A DNA stretch of 64,000 nt from Candidatus Hydrogenedentota bacterium (GCA_963674865.2 CAXXYE010000004.1:709632-773631); one strand, 5' to 3'; numbered from the stretch's first letter, positions 28,692-39,058 are shown. Notes: generated by a model not told the origin, from the letters alone. Made by a program: numbers and translations.

Positions 28692-29375
28692 ATGAATGGC
28701 AGCAATAAGACGACCAAGCTCCTGATCGTCCTCGTGGTGGTGCTCGCTTCGGCCATGGTCTTCCAGGGCGTCTACCTATTCAAGCTCCATCGCCAGTTCA
28801 CCCAGGGGCCTCCGCCCTCGCCTCCTGGCGAGCCGATGGCGGCCACCACCGCACCGGACGTCCAGGACCTGAAAGCCCCGGACAACGACCCATGGGACGA
28901 CTTCGGCGCAACGCCCTTCAACCCTTCAACGTGGGACCCCTTCCAGGAGATGAACCAAATGCAGGAACACATGGACAGGCTTTTCAACGACGCCTTCGGG
29001 AAGTTCGGGGCGAGTTCCAGGTTTGGCGACTTGGTGACGGGCCTCTCATTCAATCCCAAGGTGGATCTCAGTGAGGACAAAAGCAACTACATCGTTCGTG
29101 TCGACGTGCCCGGCGCAAACGAGTCCGATATCAACGTCAGCCTCGAGGACCAGGTCTTGACGGTGTCCGGCACACGACAGCAGGAGGTCCGCGGAGGCAA
29201 CACCAAGAAACTGCTCACCCGTGAGAGGCGGATAGGCAGCTTCGAGCGCGAATTAAGGCTGCCCGGCCCCGTGAACGCCGCCGATATGACCACCGCATAC
29301 AAAGATGGCGTCTTGACAATAACCATCCCCAAAGGAGAGGGAACGAGTCCAAGCGGCCCCATCGACTTGCGCTAA
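28692..29375 (+). CDS. Hsp20/alpha-crystallin protein with N-terminal TM segment
   Basis: PKVDLSE, VDVPG, ERRIGSFER and AYKDGVLTITIPK; hydrophobic LLIVLVVVLASAMVF; RBS GGAGG. Confidence 0.88.
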   Translation: MNGSNKTTKLLIVLVVVLASAMVFQGVYLFKLHRQFTQGPPPSPPGEPMAATTAPDVQDLKAPDNDPWDDFGATPFNPSTWDPFQEMNQMQEHMDRLFNDAFGKFGASSRFGDLVTGLSFNPKVDLSEDKSNYIVRVDVPGANESDINVSLEDQVLTVSGTRQQEVRGGNTKKLLTRERRIGSFERELRLPGPVNAADMTTAYKDGVLTITIPKGEGTSPSGPIDLR

Positions 29376-29405
29376 TCCGGCCGATTAGAACACACCGCAA
29401 CCGCG

Positions 29406-29870
29406 CTAATCGGACACGCTCACAACGATGATGAGTTCGCCCTCGCGCTGTTTCAGGCGTAGTTTGAGTGCGCTCTTCTGGACAATATTGCAGGTTGCCA
29501 CGAGCGCATTGACGGGCTTCTTCTTGCGGTCAGGCGACAGAAGCTCAATCCGGACCTTGGCCCGGATCCGGCCGTCGGCCTCCTTGGAGAGAGGAGTGAT
29601 ACAAAACTTGTATCGCTCGTTCAGGACAAACGCGGTTTCCTTCTTCAAGGGAGCCTTGACCGTGTGCTTCTTCACCAGGCGATACGTATCGAACTCGAGT
29701 TCCGCGACGGCCTTTCGGATGCTCTCCAGGCCCCGGTCGAAGTACTTCTCACTCCGCCCCTCACGAGTAGCCGCAACGGCATGCACGGATACCGTGACCG
29801 GGGCGGGGAGGGGATCCACCGGCTTGGCAAGACAAGCGGCGACCAGCACCGTCCACGCGACAAAGCTCAC
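29406..29870 (-). CDS. Hypothetical exported protein
   Basis: Hydrophobic N-terminus; GTGA overlap with the anti-sigma gene. Confidence 0.6.
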   Translation of the reverse strand: MSFVAWTVLVAACLAKPVDPLPAPVTVSVHAVAATREGRSEKYFDRGLESIRKAVAELEFDTYRLVKKHTVKAPLKKETAFVLNERYKFCITPLSKEADGRIRAKVRIELLSPDRKKKPVNALVATCNIVQKSALKLRLKQREGELIIVVSVSD

Positions 29871-30322
29871 AGTATATCGCCCCCTTCCGTCACCGTGACC
29901 CAGAGCGTCGAAACGCCATTCTCCGAAACATACTCCGTTATCGTGGCGTCCTCCAACTCCGTCGAATAGGACTCCACGGCCGTCGCCCTAACTTCAGGCG
30001 TCCGGCCGCCGAACACCACGAATGCGGACACCGCCATCAAGAGCGCCGCCGCGCCGACCGACGCGAACGTCCAAAGGCCCGGATGTCTCCGCGCCGGGCC
30101 GTGAATTCGCTCCCGGATACCATCCATAAACGCTGGAAACTGACCATCCTGAATGTCCGCGCGCTCCGTGACGGACGCCACACCGGCCCGAATCATCCGC
30201 AGGCGCTCAACATAGGCCGTGCACGCCGGACAGTCGGCCATGTGCGAAAGCACAGCCTCCTGCTCGGCCGATTCGGCGTCGAACCATCGCTCAACGCGCT
30301 GTGTCCACGGGCAGTTACTCAT
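29867..30322 (-). CDS. Zinc-binding (ZAS/zf-HC2) transmembrane anti-sigma factor
   Basis: HMADCPAC (Hx3Cx2C) and a single TM; ATG 30322 overlaps the sigma gene stop. Confidence 0.8.
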   Translation of the reverse strand: MSNCPWTQRVERWFDAESAEQEAVLSHMADCPACTAYVERLRMIRAGVASVTERADIQDGQFPAFMDGIRERIHGPARRHPGLWTFASVGAAALLMAVSAFVVFGGRTPEVRATAVESYSTELEDATITEYVSENGVSTLWVTVTEGGDIL

Positions 30323-30969
30323 GTCTTCATCCCCTCTGCCATTCCCATGCGTGCAAGGGAACGTTGGAGCTTCTTCCGTGCGTGATGGAGCCGGCTCATC
30401 ACCGTGCCCACGCGGCACCCCATAATCCGGGCCATGTCATCGTAGGACAAGCCCTCAAACTCGCGCAATACAAAAGCCGTGCGATGCTTCGCCGTGAGCG
30501 ACTCCAGCGCCGCCGCAATGGCGTCGCCGATCTCCGTCGCCTCCAGCGCGCGGCCCGGCGCCGGTATGCTGCTCGGTGCATCGGCCGTGCCGATGGCTTC
30601 ATCAAAAGCGACCGTCTTGAGCCGCCGCTTCTTGAAAAAGTCCTTGCACTGGTTCGCCGTAATACGCATGATCCAAGTCTTGAAGCTCGAATCGCCGCGG
30701 AAACGGCCCAAGGAACGATGGACCTTGAGGAACACCTCCTGCGAGATATCCCACGCCTCCTCCCGGTTGCGCACGAAATGGTGCGCAAGCCCAAACACAT
30801 CATTACGGTACCGGCGGACCAGTTCTTCAAATGCATCGCCGTCGCCACGTCTCGTGGCCGAGACCAGGTCGCCGTCCTCGAATTCGGCATATCGGGTGCC
30901 TCTCTGCGCGTCGTCGCGTTCCATGTCGGAAGTATAATACAAGACGGCCGCGTCAACCGGCACGCTCAT
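30319..30969 (-). CDS. ECF RNA polymerase sigma factor
   Basis: AFEELVRRY, EAWDISQEVF, SSFKTWIMRI and EGLSYDDMA..GTVMSRLHHAR; alternative start at 30924. Confidence 0.92.
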   Translation of the reverse strand: MSVPVDAAVLYYTSDMERDDAQRGTRYAEFEDGDLVSATRRGDGDAFEELVRRYRNDVFGLAHHFVRNREEAWDISQEVFLKVHRSLGRFRGDSSFKTWIMRITANQCKDFFKKRRLKTVAFDEAIGTADAPSSIPAPGRALEATEIGDAIAAALESLTAKHRTAFVLREFEGLSYDDMARIMGCRVGTVMSRLHHARKKLQRSLARMGMAEGMKT

Positions 30970-31257
30970 AGGCCAGGCTCCTCTTTATGAATAGGACGAC
31001 ACCGACGACGCCGTATTCAATCATCTATCATGTCCTGGCCTGGCCATGACAGGGAATACCGAGAGACCGATCACCACCGCAGCCCCTTAACGCCCCATAA
31101 GTAATGGTGTGACAATGTTTTGCGCCATTCTCCTCCGGCTGTCCTCCTTGGCAATCGCCCCCGGGATCGTGTAATATTGGCTGCACGGGGCGGCTGCGCG
31201 AGGCACTTCTGCTACATTTCAACCAGACCGCCGCCAACACAATGAGGGCACGGCCCC

Positions 31258-32325
31258 ATGGATACTCCCAATCCCGACACACGCATGAAGCGCAAGATAG
31301 AATACCGCGTAATGTTTGACACGTCCGGCCGTATCACGGGCGAAAGCCTTCGTCGTTCCCTGGGCGAGGAACTCGGCATCGCTCTGTCGGAAGATGACAA
31401 CCTCGACGTGTTCAATTATCTCGATCGGCTCGTCGTGCTGGACGCAGACCTGCCCGGGCGGCTAGCGCGACGCATTGAGAAACTGCTCGAAAAACACGAC
31501 GAGTTCTCGGTACACGGTGATTTTCAGATAAAGGGTCGCGTATATCATCTTCACATCAGCGGCCGCGGCGTCCGACGCCTCGACGGAAACCTCGCATTCA
31601 CGCTCTTCTTTCTCGACGACACCGAGCACACCCATCTCCGCCGCCTATACGAATACATGTTTCGCCTGGCCAACCACGAGATCAAGAGCCCCCTGGCGTG
31701 CGTTCTCGGCGCCCTTGAATACGCCGAGGAACACGTGAAAACGGGGAGCTTCGACGGCGTCAACACCTGCCTCGAGATGGCCGCGCGGAATGCCCGGGCC
31801 ATCTCCGAGATGGTCGAGCGCTACCTTAACCTCTCACTCATTGAGAGCGGCAGCTTTCGCATCGTGCCGTCCGACTTCCTCGTCTCTGTGGATGTGCTGA
31901 ATCCGCTTGTGGCCGAAATGCAGCCCGCTCTCGACGCCAAAGGCATGACCGTCGAGTTCGCCTGCGATGGAGGCGTCTGCGAGTCCCACGTCAGGGCCGA
32001 CGCCGAAAAGCTGGGCATCGTCTTGCGCAATCTCCTCTCCAACGCCGTCAAGTACGGCACGCCCAACACCGCGATCCGCGTGGTGATGAAGCAGTTGGAG
32101 GACGGCGTGGAGCTGTCCGTCGAGAACGACGGCCCCAATATCCCCGAGCGCAACCTCGCCAGGCTCTTCCAGAAGTTCACCCGCCTCGACGCCACCCAAG
32201 GCACAAAGGGCTCGGGCCTCGGCCTCTACAACGCCCGAAGGATCGTTGAGCTCTGGGGAGGAACGATCAGGGCCGAGTCCACGGCCCGCGGCACCCTATT
32301 CGCCTTCACCCTCACCGAAGCATAG
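31258..32325 (+). CDS. Cytoplasmic sensor histidine kinase (no adjacent response regulator)
   Basis: H-box NHEIKSPL, N-box NLLSNAVKY, ENDGPNIP, LFQKF and GSGLGL. Confidence 0.9.
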   Translation: MDTPNPDTRMKRKIEYRVMFDTSGRITGESLRRSLGEELGIALSEDDNLDVFNYLDRLVVLDADLPGRLARRIEKLLEKHDEFSVHGDFQIKGRVYHLHISGRGVRRLDGNLAFTLFFLDDTEHTHLRRLYEYMFRLANHEIKSPLACVLGALEYAEEHVKTGSFDGVNTCLEMAARNARAISEMVERYLNLSLIESGSFRIVPSDFLVSVDVLNPLVAEMQPALDAKGMTVEFACDGGVCESHVRADAEKLGIVLRNLLSNAVKYGTPNTAIRVVMKQLEDGVELSVENDGPNIPERNLARLFQKFTRLDATQGTKGSGLGLYNARRIVELWGGTIRAESTARGTLFAFTLTEA

Positions 32326-32523
32326 GCCCCCGGCATCTAGCCTCCCACGTCGCGGCACGCTATCCAAACGGCCCTGATGCGCTTGACGTTGCAGCTTCAG
32401 GGCGTGTCGAATTCGCACCAAGATCCCCACGTGGAAAGGCGGATAGGTAGCAGCACGCAAGGGCCCCCACGAGAGCCTGAAGGAGCCCGTCGAACGCCCG
32501 AAACCCGCGTGTCCGCGCGTGGG

Positions 32524-33468
32524 CTACTCGTCCGACACGACGCGGAGCTTGAGCGAGGCCATGGCGTGGCGCAGGCCTTGCGCCAACGACGCGCGCGTGG
32601 TGATGTCGCTAAGATCTATGCCCAGGTGCACGAGGGTCTGCGCGATCGAGGGACTTACGCCGGTGAGCACCACCTCGCAGCCGAGCAGGCGCACGGCGGC
32701 GATGGTCTCGACAAGGTGTTGGGCGATCTGGGTGTCAACGGCGGCTGCGCCCGTGATGTCGAGCAGGGCCACGCGCGAATGAGTGTCCACAACACGCATC
32801 AGCAGGCTTTCCATCAATCCTTCGGCGCGCCTGCTGTCCAGCGTGCCGATGAGCGGGGCCACGACCACGCCGTCCCAGACCTGGATCACGGGCGTCGACA
32901 AGGCCATGATCTCTTCGGTCTGCCTCTCGATCGTCTCGCCCGCTTCCTTCTGGCGGATACGGTCGATCGCCATGGCTGCGACGATCTCGGCGAAGTTCGT
33001 CAGGAAGGCCAACATGTGGGGGAGACGGTCTTCGGACAGAATAGGCACATGGCGCAGGGCCTTGATATAAGCATCTCGGTCGAAGCCGCATTGGGCGGCC
33101 TGCTCTAAGAAGGCCTTTTCATCCGGCTCTTCGGTGAGGAATTGGCCGAGGAAGGCATTCGCAATGTGCTCGCCCTCGACCCGGATGGGCGCCGCGGCGT
33201 CGTTTAACCCGTTCTTGCACTTGTAGAGGACGAACTCCTTGCCCTCGAGAAGCTGGTTGGCCACGGTTGTGTCGCTCTCGACGCAGCGCGCCTTGGTCGC
33301 ATCATTGACGCGGTGGAAGTCGGTGCAGATACGTTCCCAGCGAGCGCCGACCAGGACATTTCCGTCGAGGTCAATGATCGCGGCCGCCACGCCAACGGCT
33401 TCGCAGAAACTGTCGAGCAAACGCTGGTGCCGCGCCAAGTCCAGAATGTCTTCAAGTGCATAGTCCAT
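32524..33468 (-). CDS. PocR-domain + STAS protein (RsbR-like)
   Basis: ICTDFHR, YKCKNGLNDAAAPI and FLGQF (PocR); LSTPVIQVWDG, PLIGTLDSRRA, DITG..VDT and IAQTLV (RsbR STAS). Confidence 0.88.
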   Translation of the reverse strand: MDYALEDILDLARHQRLLDSFCEAVGVAAAIIDLDGNVLVGARWERICTDFHRVNDATKARCVESDTTVANQLLEGKEFVLYKCKNGLNDAAAPIRVEGEHIANAFLGQFLTEEPDEKAFLEQAAQCGFDRDAYIKALRHVPILSEDRLPHMLAFLTNFAEIVAAMAIDRIRQKEAGETIERQTEEIMALSTPVIQVWDGVVVAPLIGTLDSRRAEGLMESLLMRVVDTHSRVALLDITGAAAVDTQIAQHLVETIAAVRLLGCEVVLTGVSPSIAQTLVHLGIDLSDITTRASLAQGLRHAMASLKLRVVSDE

Positions 33469-33801
33469 AATAGCTTCCCCAATTCAGTCTCGCTGCCCTC
33501 AGTATCGCTCTTTGCCTGACAAGAAAGCAAGAAAAACACCCTATCCGCAATCGCCGCGTAATTCGACAATCCCGCGCACTCGATGCTCTTAATAGACTCA
33601 ATCTCTCGAGACATACTCACCCATTAGGTGAAGCCCCTCATCTCGCCAATGCCTTTTCCTCCAATGACTTAACCTGCGGCACAATATGCGACCCGGCCAC
33701 CGGGGCCCCATAATCGGCAATCCGGATTGAAATGACCTCAAGCGCCCTTCAACATCTTGCCCATCCTTGCGGGGAATTCGGCACGACGCAGCATGGTTTC
33801 A

Positions 33802-33845
33802 TTGTAAATGTCGTAAGAAATCAATATAATTAGGTTATCTAATTA
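33802..33845 (+). promoter_or_regulatory. Sigma70 promoter with overlapping palindromic operator (probable MarR site)
   Basis: TTGTAA-N17-TATAAT at 33802-33830; TAATTAG-N5-CTAATTA at 33827-33845. Confidence 0.75.
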
Positions 33846-33879
33846 ATTGTAGTCCAACACATCCGGAATCCAAGTTGTT

Positions 33880-34374
33880 ATGAAGTTGCCGACTACCCAA
33901 TGCGCGCGTGAATTGCTCGAAAGCATACGACTCGTCCACATGCGTTTCACCGGCCTCTTCCAGCACCCTACAGGCCAGGAGAACGGCGACTTCTCCTTCG
34001 ATCTCACCGTGCCCCAACTCAATATGCTCAGAGCGGTGCGGACGCTCGAGCCTGTGTCCGTCAAACAGCTTGCCGAGGCGCTGCACGTCTCGCCCCCGTC
34101 CACGTCCGGCATGGTGGAACGCCTCGTCGAGATACAGGCCCTCACCCGCGAGCAGAATCCCTCCGACAGGCGCGAAGTCCTCATCGGACTCTCCCCGCGG
34201 GGCCGGAAGGGCGTCGAATGGTTTGAGCAGCGACTCCTTGAGGCCGTATGCGAGATGATGGACAGGATCGGCCCGAAACATGCCCAGATGTGGTGCGAGG
34301 TGGGTGAGCGATTGCGCGAAATCCTGTCCGAAGAAGAACCGCCACCACCAGGAAAAGAGACCTCCGATGACTGA
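33880..34374 (+). CDS. MarR family transcriptional regulator
   Basis: LTVPQ..L, SVKQLAEALHVSPPSTSGMVERL and DRREVLIGLSPRG. Confidence 0.9.
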   Translation: MKLPTTQCARELLESIRLVHMRFTGLFQHPTGQENGDFSFDLTVPQLNMLRAVRTLEPVSVKQLAEALHVSPPSTSGMVERLVEIQALTREQNPSDRREVLIGLSPRGRKGVEWFEQRLLEAVCEMMDRIGPKHAQMWCEVGERLREILSEEEPPPPGKETSDD

Positions 34375-35719
34375 TGACAAGAAGCGTGTAGTCGTGATGA
34401 TGGCCGCCTGCCTTGCCGTCCTGGCAATCGGCGCCCTGGCCGCGGCGGCCTTGGCGAACATGAAGCGGCCGCCGGCTGAGGTGCCCAGCAAAGAAGTGCC
34501 TCTACGCGTGAAAGCATTGCTCGCGCAGCCCGAGGACGTGCAAGTTGTCATCACGACCTACGGAGAGGTCGCCCCGCTGGATACCGTGCGCATCGCTCCC
34601 GAAGTCGGAGGCAAGGTAGTAGAGGTCCACGAGCGGCTCGACGTGGGGGAGGTGATCCCCGCCGGCCAGGCGCTCTTCGTCGTCGACCCTCGCTCCTATA
34701 CCGCGGTGGTGGCGGATGCGAAGGCCAACGTCGAACAGCTCACAAGCGCCGTCGAACGATTGAAGACCCAGTGGGCCAACGACCGCGAGCGCCTCAAGAC
34801 CCTCAAGCGCTCACGGGACCTGGCCAAGGCCGAGTTCGACCGCATCCGGGAACTCTTCGATGAAGACCAAGTCGGCACCCAATCGGGCGTGGACGCCGCC
34901 GAACAGGCGTACAACAACACCGTCGATCAGGTGGATCAACTCGAACGCGCCCTCGCCGTCTACCCCATACAGGTTCGCGAGATGGAGAGCAGTCTCGCCT
35001 CGGGCCACGCACGCCTTGAATTGGCCGAGTACGACTTGGAGCGGACCTGCGTCACGGCCCCCTTCGACGCCCGCGTGAAAGAGGTCAGTATCGAAGCCGG
35101 CCAATACGTGGCGCCCGGCTCGCCTGTCCTGACACTGGCGAATGACGCCGTCCTCGAACTCTCGGCGCCCGTAGACAGCCGCGATGCCCGGAAATGGCTG
35201 CGGTTCAACGGCCGGCGTGACGAGAACGACGGCGCGTGGTTCGACGGACTCGAGCCCGTTCCTTGCCGCATTCGATGGACTGAGGACACCGGAAGCCACT
35301 ACTGGGAGGGCGTCCTCCACCGCGTCGAGCGTTTCGAGAAAGAAACTCGGATGCTCCAGCTCGCCATTCGCATTGACGCCACAGACGCCTCGTCCAAAGA
35401 CGCCGAAGGCCTCCCGCTCGTGGAGGGCATGTTCTGCGCCGTAGAGATACCGGGCCGGACCATCGAGGGGGCGTACCGCATTCCCAGGTCGGCGGTCACC
35501 TTCGAGAACAACGTTTATCTCGTCCGCGAAAGCCGCTTGAAAACCGTCCCCGTTGAACTCGCTTACGAGAAGGACAACGAGGCCTTCCTGACCACCGGCC
35601 TGGCCCCCGGAGACGTGGTGATCGTCACGCGCCTCGTCAATCCTCTTGAGAACACACTGCTGGACGCGGTCGTCGAAAACGATCTGGAAACGGCAACCGG
35701 GCCGGAGGAGGCCACGTGA
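34367..35719 (+). CDS. RND efflux periplasmic adaptor (MFP)
   Basis: N-terminal TM, IAPEVGGKV, coiled coil, VTAPFDARV and GQYVAPG. Confidence 0.9.
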   Translation: MTDDKKRVVVMMAACLAVLAIGALAAAALANMKRPPAEVPSKEVPLRVKALLAQPEDVQVVITTYGEVAPLDTVRIAPEVGGKVVEVHERLDVGEVIPAGQALFVVDPRSYTAVVADAKANVEQLTSAVERLKTQWANDRERLKTLKRSRDLAKAEFDRIRELFDEDQVGTQSGVDAAEQAYNNTVDQVDQLERALAVYPIQVREMESSLASGHARLELAEYDLERTCVTAPFDARVKEVSIEAGQYVAPGSPVLTLANDAVLELSAPVDSRDARKWLRFNGRRDENDGAWFDGLEPVPCRIRWTEDTGSHYWEGVLHRVERFEKETRMLQLAIRIDATDASSKDAEGLPLVEGMFCAVEIPGRTIEGAYRIPRSAVTFENNVYLVRESRLKTVPVELAYEKDNEAFLTTGLAPGDVVIVTRLVNPLENTLLDAVVENDLETATGPEEAT

Positions 35720-38700
35720 GAGGTCTCATCACCGCCTTCGCCCGGAACTCCGTATTCGCCAATATCCTGCTTCTGGGCGTCATCTTCGCCGGCGTCGTCT
35801 CGGCCATACTCATGGTGCGTGAGTTGTTTCCCGAATTCGCCACGGAGATCGTCACGGTCGATGTGCCCTATCCCGGCGCCGACCCGGAAGAGGTCGAGGA
35901 GGGCATCTGCCGCCGCATCGAGGAGGCCATCGACGGCCTCGAAGGGATCAAGCGCTACACCACCAACGCCCACGAAGGACGCGGCTCCGCCATCATCGAG
36001 ATCGTCGAAGGCTACGATATCGCTAAAGCCAAAGACGAGATCAAGAACCGAATCGACTCCATCAGTACCTTCCCCGTAGATTCCGAAGAACCCATAGTCT
36101 CGGAGTTCACCCTCAAACACGAGGTTATGATCCTCGCCCTCTCCGGCCCCCTCGACGAGCGGCGGCTCAAGGAATGGGCCGAGGAGATCAAGGACGAATT
36201 ACGCGCCCTCCCCGAGGTGTCTCAAGTCGCGATCTTCGGTGCGCGCGACTACGAAATCTCCATCGAAGTCTCCGAAAGCCGGCTCCGCGAGTACGGACTC
36301 ACCTTCGCCCAAGTAGCCGATGCCGTTCGTCGCAGCAGCCTCAACCAGGCCGGCGGCACACTGCGCACCGAGGGCGAAGAGGTTCGATTGCGCACCCTCG
36401 GCAGGAAATACTGGGGAGACGAATTCGGGAAGATCGTGGTGCTTGCCGGGGCTGGGGGCGAGATCATTACCCTCGACCGCATTGCGGAAGTGAAAGACGG
36501 CTTCACCGAAGACGCCCTGAGGGCCACCCTGAACGGCAGCCCGGCCTTGGTTCTGCTCGTCTCGAAGACCGCCGAGGAAGACTCCATCGCCATCTCGGAG
36601 GCCGTCCACAAGTACGTCGCGGAGAAGCAGGCCCGGCTCCCCAATGAGTTGGCCGTCACGATCTGGAGCGATCTCTCCGAGATGGTAGAGGGCCGCATCA
36701 ACCTGCTCGCCAAGAACGGCACCATCGGCCTGATCATCGTGTTCCTTCTGCTCTGGGCGTTCCTGGATCTGCGCCTCAGCTTCTGGGCGGCCATGGGCAT
36801 CCCCATATCCTTGAGCGGCGCGATAGCCCTTCTCTTCTTCATGGGCGAAACGCTCAACATGATCTCGCTCTTCGGCCTGATCATGGTGGTCGGGATCGTC
36901 GTTGACGACGCCATTGTCGTGGGGGAGGCGATCTATGTCCACCGAAAGCGCGGCGAACCGCCGCTGCGGGCCGCCGTCGAAGGCGTCATGGAGGTGGGCC
37001 TTCCCGTCATTGCGGCCGTCACCACCACCATCGTGGCCTTCATTCCCCTCATGTTCGTCGGCGGGATCATGGGCAAGTTCATCCGAATCCTACCTATCAC
37101 CGTTATCGCCTGCCTGTCCATATCCCTCGTGGAATGCCTCATCATTCTTCCGGCCCACCTCAGCCATCTGCCCGATCCCAACGACCCCGCCCGGCTTGCC
37201 AGGCAGCGCAAGAATCCGTTCAGACGCGTTCGGCGCGGTATCAGCGACGGCCTCGAGTGGTTCATTACGCACATGTATATGCCTTTTCTCGGACGCGTCC
37301 TGCGCTGGCGGTACGTCGCCATCTGCGTGGCCATTTGCGTACTGCTGGTGGCGCTTGGCCTCCGCCAAGGCGGCATGCTCGAATTCGTCATGTTTCCCGA
37401 GGTCGACGGCGACAGCCTGACGGGCACCGTCGAGTTCCCCAACGGCACCCCCATCGATGTGACGAAGGACGCCGTCGCCCGCCTGGAATCGGCCATGCGA
37501 CGAATCGCCGACAGGACCCAAACGCATAGCGGCAAGCCCTTGATCGAGAATGCCTTCGCCATGGCAGGCGCCCGGCTGAGTGACGACCCCGCGCTCGCCT
37601 CCCAACGGGGACCTCACATCGGTTCCGTCCGTGTCGAACTCTTGGATTCCGAGCTCCGCGGCATCCATTCGAAGGACCTCATGTCGGAGTGGGAACGCGA
37701 GGTCGGCCCCATTCCCGGGGCCATTGCCGTAACCTTTGAGGGCATGGCCGCGGGGCCTCCAGGAAAACCCATCGAAGTCTGGCTTATGGGACAGGATATG
37801 GAACGTATTCTCGCTGCCGCCGACGACCTTATGGCTCGCCTGCGCGACTTTGACGGTGTGTCCCAGGTTGCCTCCGATTTCCGCCCCGGCAAGAACGAGA
37901 TCCGCTTCGAGTTGAAGCCCGAAGCCCGCACCATGGGCCTGACCGTCAACGACCTTGCCGGCCAAGTTTACGGCGGATTCTTCGGCGAGGAAGTCCTACG
38001 CCTTCAGCGCGGACGCGACGACATCCGCGTGCGCGTCCGCTATCCCATGGACGAGCGCAGCCGCGTGTCCGAACTCGACCAAGTCCGCATCCGCACGCCT
38101 CAAGGCTACGAGGCGCCTCTGAAGTCCGTGGCCAATGCGACCTATGGCCCCGGCTACGCCAGCCTGACCCGCACCGATGGCCAGCGCCGCGTCGCGGTGA
38201 CGGCCGACGTCGATACTGACAAGGCCAATGCCGAAAAGATTGTCAAAGCCCTCCAGCAGGATTACTTCGGCGAGCTAGAGCGACGCCACCGCGGCGTCTC
38301 CGTCTCGGTGCAAGGCGCCAAGCGCGACACCCAGGAATCGCTCAGTACACTCGTGGTGGGCTTCCCGCTCGCGCTTATAGGGATCTTCGTGATCATTGCC
38401 ACGATCTTCCGCTCCTACGTCCAGCCATTCATCATCATGCTTACCGTGCCCTTCGGAATCGTCGGGGCCATGTTCGGCCACCTCATGCTCGGCTACGACA
38501 TCACCATGGTGAGCCTCTTCGGCTTCGTGGCCCTCGCCGGCGTCGTTGTAAACGACGCCATTGTGCTCATCGAGTGCATCAATACGCTCCTCGCCGAGGA
38601 CATGCCCTTCTTCGAGGCCCTAAGACGCGGCGGCGCACGCCGCTTCCGCGCCATCTTCCTAACCACGTTGAGCACCATCGGCGGCCTCACGCCCATGATC

Positions 38701-38970
38701 ATGGAGACGGATTTCCAGGCCCAGTTCCTCATCCCCATGGCCATTGCCTTGGCTTCGGGCGTCGGATTCACCACGCTTCTCACCCTGTTTCTCGAGCCGT
38801 GCATGCTTGGCGTGCTCAACGATCTTCGCCGCGTCGGACGCTGGCTGCGAACACGGCGCTGGCCCACACCCGAAGAAGTCGAACCGAGCCATCGCCGGAC
38901 CCTCGGCTTTGACGAGTTCGGTGATCGCCGCCACCCCGAACGCCGCATGGGGGACGATGTGACCTCTTGA
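35716..38970 (+). CDS. RND efflux permease (AcrB/CzcA-like)
   Basis: GIVVDDAIVVGE, GVVVNDAIVL and RFRAIFLTTLST; 1084 aa. Confidence 0.95.
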   Translation: MRGLITAFARNSVFANILLLGVIFAGVVSAILMVRELFPEFATEIVTVDVPYPGADPEEVEEGICRRIEEAIDGLEGIKRYTTNAHEGRGSAIIEIVEGYDIAKAKDEIKNRIDSISTFPVDSEEPIVSEFTLKHEVMILALSGPLDERRLKEWAEEIKDELRALPEVSQVAIFGARDYEISIEVSESRLREYGLTFAQVADAVRRSSLNQAGGTLRTEGEEVRLRTLGRKYWGDEFGKIVVLAGAGGEIITLDRIAEVKDGFTEDALRATLNGSPALVLLVSKTAEEDSIAISEAVHKYVAEKQARLPNELAVTIWSDLSEMVEGRINLLAKNGTIGLIIVFLLLWAFLDLRLSFWAAMGIPISLSGAIALLFFMGETLNMISLFGLIMVVGIVVDDAIVVGEAIYVHRKRGEPPLRAAVEGVMEVGLPVIAAVTTTIVAFIPLMFVGGIMGKFIRILPITVIACLSISLVECLIILPAHLSHLPDPNDPARLARQRKNPFRRVRRGISDGLEWFITHMYMPFLGRVLRWRYVAICVAICVLLVALGLRQGGMLEFVMFPEVDGDSLTGTVEFPNGTPIDVTKDAVARLESAMRRIADRTQTHSGKPLIENAFAMAGARLSDDPALASQRGPHIGSVRVELLDSELRGIHSKDLMSEWEREVGPIPGAIAVTFEGMAAGPPGKPIEVWLMGQDMERILAAADDLMARLRDFDGVSQVASDFRPGKNEIRFELKPEARTMGLTVNDLAGQVYGGFFGEEVLRLQRGRDDIRVRVRYPMDERSRVSELDQVRIRTPQGYEAPLKSVANATYGPGYASLTRTDGQRRVAVTADVDTDKANAEKIVKALQQDYFGELERRHRGVSVSVQGAKRDTQESLSTLVVGFPLALIGIFVIIATIFRSYVQPFIIMLTVPFGIVGAMFGHLMLGYDITMVSLFGFVALAGVVVNDAIVLIECINTLLAEDMPFFEALRRGGARRFRAIFLTTLSTIGGLTPMIMETDFQAQFLIPMAIALASGVGFTTLLTLFLEPCMLGVLNDLRRVGRWLRTRRWPTPEEVEPSHRRTLGFDEFGDRRHPERRMGDDVTS

Positions 38971-39058
38971 CGTGGGCCGTGATACCATCGGGCGCCAGGT
39001 TTGGCCCGCGCAATATCGTGAATCCATCGCACAGCATGTCAGAAACGAGGATAGCCAC

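Noticed and set aside
33779..33795. Sigma54 promoter (GGCACG...GC) upstream of marR
   Set aside because: GG-GC spacing is 9 rather than 10; a good sigma70 promoter explains the region
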